Source: Octopus sinensis (taxonomy: Eukaryota). From it: 19,517 bases of DNA. The position numbers and the translations under genes are program-made. The stretch's first letter is position 1, and each line of letters starts with the position of its first letter. Positions 1 through 8,649 of the stretch are shown in pieces. The stretch covers positions 1-19,517 of the forward strand of contig NW_021824228.1 of NCBI RefSeq assembly GCF_006345805.1. The letters run 5' to 3'. The notes below the pieces were generated by a model that saw nothing but the letters and a program-made list of their open reading frames with translations, did not search any database and had not been told where the DNA came from.

Positions 1-88
1 GTTGTTGTTGCTGCTGCTGTTGTGGGTTCCGTTGCCGTAGAGTTTCCTTGCTTCCTGCCGTGTCGTCGACGATGTCGGATTCGTCATC
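1..88 (-). CDS. TMX1: TMX1 coding exon 8 (partial; acidic tail, RQR motif, polyQ; stop codon outside window)
   Basis: Pyrimidine-rich tract then catccag|GAT. Reads DDESDIVDDTAGSKETLRQRNPQQQQQQQ..., in frame with exon 7. LRQR matches the TMX1 C-terminal RQR motif. Confidence 0.85.
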
Positions 89-146
89 CTGGATGAAAGA
101 GATAGAGAGATCGAAAGATGAAGAGACAGCAAGAGAAAGATATATA

Positions 147-820
147 TACATGTGGGTGTGTGTGTGTATACATATATATACATGTGTGTGTATACATACA
201 TATATATATACATGTGTGTGTATACATACATACATACATACATATATATATACATGTGTGTGTATACATACATACATACATATATATATACATGTGTGTG
301 TATACATACATACATACATATATATATACATGTGTGTGTATACATACATACATACATATATATATACATGTGTGTGTATACATACATACATACATATATA
401 TATACATGTGTGTGTATACATACATACATACATATATATATACATGTGTGTGTATACATACATACATACATATATATATACATGTGTGTGTATACATACA
501 TACATACATATATATATATACATGTGTGTATACATACATACATATATATATATAATATACACGTGTGTGTATACATACATACATACATATATATACATGT
601 GTGTGTATACATACATACATTCATACATGGGTGTGTATACATACATACATTCATACATATGTACATACATACATACATACACATATATATACATGTGTGT
701 GTATACATACATACATATATACATGGGTGTGTATACATACATACATACATGTGTGTGTATACATACATACATAGACACACACACACACACACATACATAC
801 GTACATACATACATATATCA
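147..820. repeat. Compound minisatellite, unit about (TA)4-5-CATGTGTGTG-TA-(TACA)3-4
   Basis: About 15-20 recognisable copies of tatacatgtgtgtgtatacatacatac. Almost entirely alternating purine-pyrimidine. Explains the spurious Y/I/H/T/C ORFs here. Confidence 0.95.
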
Positions 821-959
821 GGCATGTGCCACCCGTTATTACTCAGGGTAGGCAGTTGGCGACCTTAATGTAGTAAAACACACAAAAAATGGTTGAACAG
901 TCGGGAGTTGAACGGTGAATGCTGAGTATCCAGGTTGGAGTAGTATGGAATTTGTTCTG

Positions 960-1421
960 TGTCATGACCGGCATCCGTGCTAGTGGAGCACTAAGAGTAC
1001 CATATGAGCGTGATTGTTGCCAGAACAGCAAACGGGTTTCTGTGCCGATGGCATGTAAAAAGTACCATTCGAGTGTGATCATTACCTGCGTCGCCTTACT
1101 GGCACTTGTGCCGGTGTCACATGAAAAAACATTCGAGTGAGGTTGTTGCCAGTGCCGCTAGACTGGTTCCTGTGCAGATGGCATGTAAAAAGCACCATAT
1201 GAGCGTGGCCGTTGCCAGTCTCGCCCCGTGCTGGTGGCACTTTAAAAGCACCCATTACACTCTCGGAGTTGTTGGCGTTAGGATGGGCATCCAGCTGTAG
1301 AAATTCTGCCAGATCAGACTGGAGTCTGGTGCAGCCATCTGGTTCGTCAGACCTCAGTCAAACCGTCCAACCACTGCTAGCATGGAAAGCGGACATTAAA
1401 CGATGATGATGATGATGATGA
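960..1421 (+). mobile_element. Non-autonomous retroposon with RTE-like 3' tail ending in (GAT)n
   Basis: Internal subrepeats (gtgccggtggcacgtaaaaagcacc type), then ttggcgttagga(a/t)gggcatccagctgtagaaa...catgctagcatggaaagcggacattaaacgatgatgat. The same tail recurs at 8 or more loci in the window. Confidence 0.8.
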
Positions 1422-1438
1422 TATTCTGTGATAGTTTA

Positions 1439-1797
1439 CCTTTAGTCGAACAACTTGACCCCGGGACTTTTTCTTTTGTAAGCCCAGTACTTATTCTATC
1501 GGTCTCTTTTGCCGAACCGCTAAGTTACAGGGACGTAAACACACCAGCATCGGTTGTCAAGCAATGCTAGGGGGACAAACACAGACACACAAAAACACAC
1601 ACACGCATATATATATATATATATACATATACACGATGGGCTTCTTTCAGTTTCCGTCTACCAAATCCACTCACAAGGATTTGGTCGGCCCGAGGCTCTA
1701 GTAGGAGACACTTGCCCAAGGTGCCACGCAGTGGGACTGAACCCGGAACCATGTGGTTGGTAAGCAAGCTACTTACCACACAGCCACTCCTGAGCCT
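1439..1797 (-). mobile_element. CORE-type SINE (OR2-like), tail end truncated
   Basis: Head AGGCTCAGGAGTGGCTGTGTGGTAAG...GGTTCAGTCC, CORE motif GCACCTTGGGCAAGTGTC, TA/CA linker and body. Confidence 0.88.
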
Positions 1798-1922
1798 AGT
1801 ATTTGTGTAATACTATTTCACTCTAGACATCTACAGCCACATCTGAACAGTTTGGGGTGTTTAGAACAAAATAAAACAAAAAACCCAGACAAACAGGGGA
1901 GATTCTCAATAAGCTGTCTTAC

Positions 1923-2039
1923 CTTCTCCCGGTCTTCTCGGTCTTCTTTCTGGTGGGCCACATGTGAAGGATGCGGGGCTGGCTTTGATAGGGTCTGAAC
2001 AGAAACGGGAAACAACAAGTCCACACAACAAACAATAAG
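1923..2039 (-). CDS. TMX1: TMX1 coding exon 7 (end of TM, juxtamembrane Cys-Cys, start of cytosolic tail)
   Basis: Acceptor tttgcag|CTT, donor AAG|gtaaga. Reads LIVCCVDLLFPVSVQTLSKPAPHPSHVAHQKEDREDREK. 117 nt, phase 0-0. The CC lies where vertebrate TMX1 has its palmitoylated cysteines. Confidence 0.88.
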
Positions 2040-2091
2040 CTGCAAAAAAACAAAAAAAAGAGAGAGAGATAGAATGACATCTGAGATGAGG

Positions 2092-2327
2092 CGAAGGGTT
2101 GGCAGAATCGTTAGCACGCCGGGCGAAATGCTTAGCAGTATTTCGTCTGACGTTACGTTCAGAGTTCAAATTCCGCCGAGGTCGACTTTGCCTTTCGTCC
2201 TTTCGGGGTCGATAAATTAAGTACCAGTTACGCACTGGGGGGGGGGGGCGATGTAATCGACTTAATCCCTTTGTCTGTCCTTGTTTATCCCCTCTATGGT
2301 TAGCCCCTTGTGGGGAATAAATAAATA
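2092..2327 (+). mobile_element. tRNA-derived SINE, second family (Meta-domain-like centre), with 21-bp TSD
   Basis: A-box-like TGGCAGAATCG, B-box-like GAGTTCAAATTCC, centre gtcgactttgcctttcgtcctttcggggtcgataaattaagtacc, (AAAT)n tail. TSD AGAATGACATCTGAGATGAGG (2071-2091) and AGAATGATATCTGAGATGAGG (2328-2348). The Meta-domain resemblance is from memory and unverified. Confidence 0.85.
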
Positions 2328-2649
2328 AGAATGATATCTGAGATGAGGAACTTTGGTTTGAGATGGAACACAGCAGCAAAATATCATTGCCTGGATTCGA
2401 ACCTGGTATCTCTTGGCTCCTGGGTAGCTGCATTATTGTTTGAGGCTAGAGAACCTGCTGTTCTGTCATGGGAAATTTCGTTTTATCCAGCTGTTCATTT
2501 TCACTGCCCATTATTCTTGGGAGGATTGTGGGGGTAGAGTCCTTAGGCACCTCTTTTGTAGGGTCAAATCAACAAGTCATTGCACTTTCCGGTTGAATTC
2601 CCAGGCATGGCAAACTGAGTCTATGATTATCATCCAACCATTTCATTCT

Positions 2650-3376
2650 TATTTCTTTATTGTCCACAAGGGGCTAAACACAGAGGGGACAGACAAACGG
2701 ATGAAGTCGATTATATCGACCCCAGTGCGTAACTGTTACTTATTTAATCGACCCCAAAAGGATGAAAGGCAAAGTTGACCTCGGCGGAATTTGAACTCAG
2801 AACGTTAAGACAGACGAAATACCTATTTCTTTACTACCCACAAGGGGCTAAACACAGAGGGGACAAACAAGGAGAGACAAACGGATTAAGTTGATTATAT
2901 TGCCCCCAGTGCTTAACTGGTACTTAATTTATCGACCCCGAAAGGATGAAAGGCAAAGTCGACCTATTTCTTTACTACCCACAAGGGGCTAAACATAGAG
3001 AGGACAAACAAGGACAGACATAGGTATTAAGTCGATTACATCGACCCCAGTGCGTAACTGGTACTTAATTTATCGACACCGAAAGGATGAAAGGCAAAGT
3101 CGACCTCGGCGGGATTTGAACTCAGAACGTAACGGCAGACGAAATACCTATTTCTTTACTACCCACAAGGGGCTAAACATAGAGAGGACAAACAAGGACA
3201 GACATAGGTATTAAGTCGATTACATCGACCCCAGTGCTTAACTGGTACTTATTTAATCGACCCCGAAAGGATGAAAGGCAAAGTCAACCTCGGCAGAATT
3301 TGAACTTAGAATGTAGCGGCAGACGAAATACCTCTAAGCATTTCGCCTGACGTGCTAACGTTTCTGCCAGCTCGCC
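2650..3376 (-). mobile_element. Head-to-tail tetramer of the second SINE family
   Basis: Four units at 2650-2823, 2824-2964, 2965-3148 and 3149-3376, each starting (T)ATTTCTTTA... on the plus strand. Only the rightmost unit has the full tRNA head. Confidence 0.88.
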
Positions 3377-3404
3377 AACCATCTCATTCCTGCTCATCCC
3401 CTAA

Positions 3405-3640
3405 GTCCCCTAGATGTGGGAGTTCTGCCCTCAGGTCCCGCCTCCATAAGGTCCTATCAGACTTTCTGGCTGGATTTCCAAGCATTGATCAACCGAGACC
3501 TGGATATTATCCAAGCACCCCGCCATTAGTCTACCCTCAGGCCGCCTGCCAGTCATGGGACAGAGTCTTCAGGCACCTCCTCCACAGGGTCCCATCGGAA
3601 GCAACCATCATTACTCTTTCCTGCCGAATTCCCAAGAATG
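3405..3640 (-). mobile_element. Degenerate RTE-like LINE C-terminal fragment
   Basis: Minus strand reads ...RRPEGRLMAGCLDNI..., resembling the GRRPRGRP..RWLDNI C-terminal motif. A more decayed relative lies at about 2530-2625 (shared gagtc...aggcacctc...agggtc and gaattccca..atg.caaa). Confidence 0.35.
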
Positions 3641-3643
3641 ACA

Positions 3644-3832
3644 AAAGCAAAAGGGGCCGATACAGCTTGGCACCTGTGACATCACAACTCATTTCTACAG
3701 CTGAGAGAACTGGAGCAACGTGAAATAAAGAGTCTTGCTCAAGGACACAACACGCAGCCCGGTCCAAGAATCGAACTGACTACCTCATGATTGTAAGCCT
3801 GATGCTCTAACCACTGAGCCATGCACCTTCAC
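3644..3832 (-). mobile_element. tRNA-derived SINE, third family (V-domain-like), partial
   Basis: Minus strand has A-box TGGCTCAGTGG, B-box GTTCGATTC, then gtgttgtgtccttgagcaagac. Confidence 0.8.
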
Positions 3833-3855
3833 ATGTATATATATACATGTATGAT

Positions 3856-4192
3856 ATAGACTCCCTTCGGTCATGAATGACCATGGAATTGCACCTAGAA
3901 AGTTACCCTCTGAGGCACAAGTCTGGGCAGGGTTGTTTATGGAAAACCAGCAGTCACCCTTGCGTACCAGCCTCCCTTCTCCATGCCACCAATGTTATCC
4001 AAGAAAGAGGCAAAGGGGTCAATACAACTTGGCACCTGTGACATCACAACTCATTTCCACGGCTGAGTGAACTGGAGCAACGTGAAATAAACTGTCTTGC
4101 TCAAGGACACAACAGGCAGCCTACTCTGGGAATTGAACTCACTATCTCATGATTATGAGCCTGACACTAACCATTGAGCCATGTGCCTTCAC
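3856..4192 (-). mobile_element. tRNA-derived SINE, third family, near full length
   Basis: Head homologous to 3644-3832 (shared cttggcacctgtgacatcacaactcattt and tcttgctcaaggacacaaca), extending to a tail ending ...gaccgaagggagtctat. Confidence 0.8.
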
Positions 4193-4223
4193 AAAATATT
4201 ACATCTTAATTAGCATGATGGAC

Positions 4224-4594
4224 TGTCTGGCCCCCGTGTCGGTGGCACGTAAAAGCACCATCCGTTTGTGTTTGTTGCCAGCCTGGCCTGGCCCCCGTGC
4301 CGGTGACACGTAAAAGCACCATCCGTTCGTGGCCGTTTGCCAGCTCTGTCTGGCCCCCATGCCGGTGACACGTAAAAGCACCATCCGTTCATGGCCGTTT
4401 GCCAGCTCTGTCTGGCACGTAAAAAGCACCCACTACACTCACGGAGTGGTTGGCGTTAGGAAGGGCATCCAGCTGTAGAAACACTGCCAGATCTGACTGG
4501 CCTGGTGCAGCCTTCGGGCTCCCCAGACCCCAGTTGAACCGTTCAACCCATGCTAGCATGGAAAGCGGATGCTAAACAATGATGATGATGATGA
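4224..4594 (+). mobile_element. RTE-tailed non-autonomous retroposon with internal ~55-60-bp tandem subrepeats
   Basis: Three to four copies of ctggccccc(g/a)tg(c/t)cggtg(g/a)cacgtaaaagcaccatccgtt, then the shared tail and (GAT)n. Confidence 0.8.
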
Positions 4595-4887
4595 CTATTT
4601 CTACTAATGTCCATCAAAGTGTTCCACCTTAATTAACCAGGTAGACTCCTGCTTCTGTCCAAATTTAATTAGCTGGACCAATTAGTATTATCACTGGTGC
4701 CCAACAAATTCAATCTTCACTAGAAATAAACCAATGGTAACCACAGAGGCAGAAGGGTTTCCCTGATGGAAAAAAAAAAACAAAAATAAAAAAACTTTGC
4801 ATGGAAGGGTCAGGGTTTCAAGATCTGGGTTATCCAGTTCTGGTCACAGTAACAGGTTGAGGGACGATGAAAGAATGATGTACTCAC

Positions 4888-4989
4888 CATACCAGCGAGG
4901 AACCCGACCAGTAATGTAGCCAGGGCAAAGATCACATAACAGCCCCATTCGGGGATTCCGTACACTTCTGTCATCGTTGAATACAGGGA
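4888..4989 (-). CDS. TMX1: TMX1 coding exon 6 (most of the transmembrane helix)
   Basis: Acceptor ttccag|TCC, donor ATG|gtgagt. Reads SLYSTMTEVYGIPEWGCYVIFALATLLVGFLAGM. 102 nt, phase 0-0. Confidence 0.95.
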
Positions 4990-5025
4990 CTGGAATAGAA
5001 AAGAAAACAAAAAAAAAGTAGGGTT

Positions 5026-5709
5026 AGGCACAGGAGTGGCTGTGTGGTAAGTAGCTTGTTTACCAACCGCATGGTTCCGGGTTCAGTCCCACTGCGTGGC
5101 ACCTTGGGCAAGTGTCTTCTGCTATAGACCCGGGCCGACCAAAGCCTTGTGAGTGGATTTGGTAGACGGAAACTGAAAGAAGCCTGTCGTATATATATAT
5201 AAATAAATAGGCACAGGAGTGGCTGTGTGGTAAGTAGCTTGCTTACCAACCACATGGTTCCGGGTTCAGTCCCCTTCTGCTATAGCCCCAGGCCGACCAA
5301 TGCCTTGTGAGTGGATTTGGTAGACGGAAACTGAAAGAAGCCCGTCATCCAGCTGTAGAAACATTGCCAGATTAGACTGGAGCCTGGTGCAGCCTTCTGG
5401 CTTCCCAGAACCCCGGTCGAACCGTCCAACCCATGCTAGCATGGAGAACGGACGTTAAACGACGATGATGATGATGATATATGTATGTATGTGTGTGTGT
5501 GTCTGTGTGTTTGTCCCCTTAGCATTGCTTGACAACCGATGCTGGTGTGTTTATGTCGCCGTCACTTAGCGGTTCGGCAAAAGAGACCGATAGATTAAGT
5601 AATGGGCTTACAAAGAATAAGTCCTGGGGGTCGATTTGCTCGACTAAAGGCAGTGCTCCAGCATGGCCGCAGTCAAATGACTGAAACAAGTAAAAGAGTA
5701 AAAGAGAGT
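5026..5709 (+). mobile_element. Composite CORE-type SINE: head, second head with 25-nt deletion, inserted RTE tail (5347-5478), SINE body and tail
   Basis: Heads at 5026 and 5209 (AGGCACAGGAGTGGCTGTGTGG). The second lacks actgcgtggcaccttgggcaagtgt. The tail ends GACTGAAACAAGTAAAAGAGTAAAAGAG. Confidence 0.88.
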
Positions 5710-5959
5710 ATGTTTGTATTAAAAGAAAGAAAAAAAGGAAAATATATTCAATTGTGTCTGGAAAATTTGCAGTATGAAATTTTGCTATATACAAAAATTC
5801 GCTGTCAGACAAATTTGTGGTGAGACATATTTGGTCCCATGACAAATTTATGGGGAGCTAACCTTGGATCGTAGGGTGACCCGCTGTTCTTGAGGAGACC
5901 TATTGAGTCAGGTACGTCAACACCAACATCAAAATGAAAATCAAATGGAAATTGTAGCT

Positions 5960-6360
5960 AAGATACCTGTGCTGGCGGCACGTTAAAAGCACCGTCCGAA
6001 CATGGCAGATGCCAGCGCCGCCTGACTGGCATCTGTGTTGGTGACACGTAAAAGCACCAACCGATCGTGGCCGCTTGCCAGCCGCATTTGGCCCCTGTGC
6101 TGGTGGCACGTAAAAAGCACCATCCGATTGTGGTTGATGTCAGCTCTGGCTCCTTGTGCTGGTGGTACGTAAAAAAAACCCACTACACTCACGGAGTGGT
6201 TAGCGTTAGGAAGGGCATCCAGCTGTAGAAACACTGCCAGATCAAGACTGGAGCCTGGTGCAGCCTTCTGGCTTCCCAGACCCCAGTAGAACCGTCCAAC
6301 CCATGCTAGCATGGAAAGCGGACATTAAACGATGATGATGATAATGTTGATGATGATGAT
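5960..6360 (+). mobile_element. RTE-tailed non-autonomous retroposon
   Basis: Subrepeats gtgctggtggcacgtaaaaagcacc, shared tail and a long (GAT)n end. Confidence 0.8.
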
Positions 6361-6494
6361 TAAACCACATTGTATCATTGTAATCATTGTAAACTCAACC
6401 AGGGTACACCTATAATGAAGGTGGACTTGCCCGGAATAAACTAGCGATGAGGCTGAACTCACCCAGAATGGAGACGAAATGAAAATGGACTCAC

Positions 6495-6540
6495 CCGAAT
6501 GAACATGGCTGCCTTGAAGAATAAACTGAGGCTGGACATC
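6495..6540 (-). CDS. TMX1: TMX1 coding exon 5
   Basis: Acceptor ttcag|G, donor CGG|gtgagt. Reads (M)MSSLSLFFKAAMFIR. 46 nt, ends phase 0 (cumulative 489 nt). Confidence 0.92.
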
Positions 6541-6589
6541 CTGAAGGGAAAAGATTCGAATAGGGAAACAGCTTTAAAACAACAAAAAC

Positions 6590-6930
6590 AAATATATACA
6601 TACACATACACACATATATACACACACGCATACATATATATATACACACATATGCATGCACACACACATATACATACACACATACATACATACATACATA
6701 CATACACATACACATACATACACATACATACATACATATATATACACACACGTGTGCATATATACACACATGCACGCATACATATAAACACACGTATGTG
6801 CATTCATATACACACACATACATACATATATACGCACACACTCATACATACAAACATGTATACATACACACACACACACAAATACACACGCACATACACA
6901 TACATATACACACACACACACACAAACATA
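6590..6930. repeat. (CA/TA)-rich compound microsatellite filling most of intron 4
   Basis: Degenerate tacacatacacacata... tract. Confidence 0.9.
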
Positions 6931-7028
6931 CGCTATCGGCCCTGTCAAATATAAATCTTATTGTCTTAAACAAATAAACAACGTTGAAAAAAAAAAGGGG
7001 GCAAAAATATAAAAAGCCCCCGACTTAC

Positions 7029-7157
7029 ATGAGAGAATCCGGTCTAAACCACCAACTGATTGGGTCCACATTCTGCCATCGCTTGTCTTCGATGAAACTG
7101 ATCAGGTCTCCGAGGATTCGAGGACCCTGGTAATAGCGGAAAACACCATCCTTCACA
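7029..7157 (-). CDS. TMX1: TMX1 coding exon 4
   Basis: Poly-pyrimidine tract then cccag|T, donor AT|gtaagt. Reads (H)VKDGVFRYYQGPRILGDLISFIEDKRWQNVDPISWWFRPDSL(M). 129 nt. Confidence 0.95.
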
Positions 7158-7250
7158 CTGGGGGACAGAAAAAAAGAAAACGGGGTTTCAATGTGACATA
7201 CTTTAATGTTCAAGTCACTCTGTTCTGGCAAACAAACAAACCACCACCAA

Positions 7251-8179
7251 GTGACTGGAGTTAAGAAGGGTCCCCAGCCACAAAAACCACGCCAGAGAAG
7301 AGCTTGCCCCTGCTGGTGCCTCATAAAAAGCACCCAGACCACTCTGTAAAAGTGTTAGTGTTAGGGAGGCCATCCAGCTCTAAAACCCATGCCAGAACTG
7401 ACATCACCTGTGCTGGTGCCACGTAAAAAGCACTCAGTCCACTCTGCAAGGTGGTTGGCATTTGGAAGGGCATCCAACTGTAAAAACCTTGCCAAAACTG
7501 ACATCACCTGTGCTGGTGCCATGTAGAAAGCACTCAGTCCACTCTGCTGAGTGGTTGGCATTTGGAAGGGCATCCAGCAGTAAAAACCTTGCCAAAACTA
7601 ACCTCACCTGTGCTGGTGCCACATAAGGAGCACACAGTCCACTCTGCTGAGTGGTTGGCATTTGGAAGGGCATCCAGCTGTAAAAACCTTGCCAAAACTG
7701 ACCTCACCTGTGCTGGTGCCACATAAGGAGCACACAGTCCACTCTGCTGAGTGGTTGGCATTTGGAAGGGCATCCAGCAGTAAAAACCTTGCCAAAACTG
7801 ACATCACCTGTGCTGGTGCCATGTAGAAAGCACTCAGTCCACTCTGCAGGGTGGTTGGCATTTGGAAGGGCATCCAGCAGTAAAAACCTTGCCAAAACTG
7901 ACCTCACCTGTGCTGATGCCACATAAAAGCACTCAGTCCACTCTGCAGGATGGTCAGTGTTAGGAAGGGCACCCAGCTGTAAAACCCATGCTGGGGCAGG
8001 CCTTGCTGGTTCCACATAAAAAGCACCCAGCACACTAAAGTGGTTGGCGTTAGGAAGGGCATTTAGCCATAGAAACCATGTCAAATCAATCTGGAACCTG
8101 GTGCAGGTCTCTGGCTCATCAGCTCCAGTCAAACCGTCTGACCCATACCCACACGGAGGGTGGACGTCTGATGATGATG
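7251..8179 (+). repeat. Tandem array of 100-bp units derived from the RTE-tailed retroposon, ending in one complete tail
   Basis: gcca(a/g)aact recurs at 7391, 7491, 7591, 7691, 7791 and 7891. Diverged units lie at 7251-7390 and about 7990-8090, and the tail ends gatgatgatg at about 8179. Confidence 0.92.
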
Positions 8180-8224
8180 GTATTAAGCGCTCAGCCATAT
8201 GGATACGGATTCGGACAGAATTAA

Positions 8225-8445
8225 CCCTTTAGCATTTAAACCGGCCATATCCTGCCAAAAGTATTCTGCCTGTTTTATGTTCAAACTGGCCAGATCTGGT
8301 CTCTCACACCTACCCTACAAAATCGTTTCAAAAATTAACAGCTTCCTCATCAAATTCTCATAGCTACAAGATAATCCATGATTAGTTCAAAACAATGTGG
8401 ATTAAAAAGGATTAATTTTGGCAGAATAATGCGAACACTAAAGGG
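8225..8445. mobile_element. piggyBac-type MITE
   Basis: TTAA (8221-8224), CCCTTTAG ... CTAAAGGG, TTAA (8446-8449). TTAA TSD and CCCTT termini are diagnostic of piggyBac-family elements. No ORF. Confidence 0.85.
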
Positions 8446-8507
8446 TTAAACAACAGCAGATGAAAGCAAAACAGAGATGCGAGAGGTCAAGAATGCTGAG
8501 TACTTAC

Positions 8508-8553
8508 TGGAAAATGGTTGGCAAAGATGTGACCAGGAACCTTCCACTTAATC
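8508..8553 (-). CDS. TMX1: TMX1 coding exon 3
   Basis: Acceptor tttccag|GA, donor CA|gtaagt. Reads (G)LSGRFLVTSLPTIF(H), including the thioredoxin cis-Pro motif LPT. 46 nt. Confidence 0.95.
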
Positions 8554-8649
8554 CTGGAAATAAGGAGAAGAAAAGAGATCAGTTTTCATCCATCAGATTA
8601 TTTCACCAGTGAAATAATAATAATAAAAAAAAAAACTACCCATTTTTGG

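Noticed and set aside
48-868. Long ORFs (up to 267 aa) rich in Y/I/H/T/C/V on both strands
   Set aside because: They are translations of the TA/CA minisatellite. The first part of 48..851 is antisense to TMX1 exon 8.
2092-2180. tRNA genes at SINE heads (also 3760-3832 and 5026-5100)
   Set aside because: A/B boxes are present, but the heads continue into SINE bodies and I could not build a complete cloverleaf.
4224-4480. Twister or HDV-like ribozyme in the gtgccggtggcacgtaaaaagcacc subrepeat and the following tail
   Set aside because: Alternative hairpins are possible (GTGCC/GGCAC, GGTG/CACC), but the twister CCGGUCCCAAGCCCGG core is absent and I could not build an HDV fold. A covariance-model search would be needed.
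6459-6954. Overlapping 114-151-aa ORFs
   Set aside because: Microsatellite read-through. Only the 46-nt exon 5 inside them is real coding sequence.
7251-8090. Regular array as a possible CRISPR or repeat-protein gene (ORFs MPFQMPTTQQSG...)
   Set aside because: The whole 100-bp unit repeats with no unique spacers, 100 is not a multiple of 3, the unit is homologous to the retroposon tail, and the context is eukaryotic.
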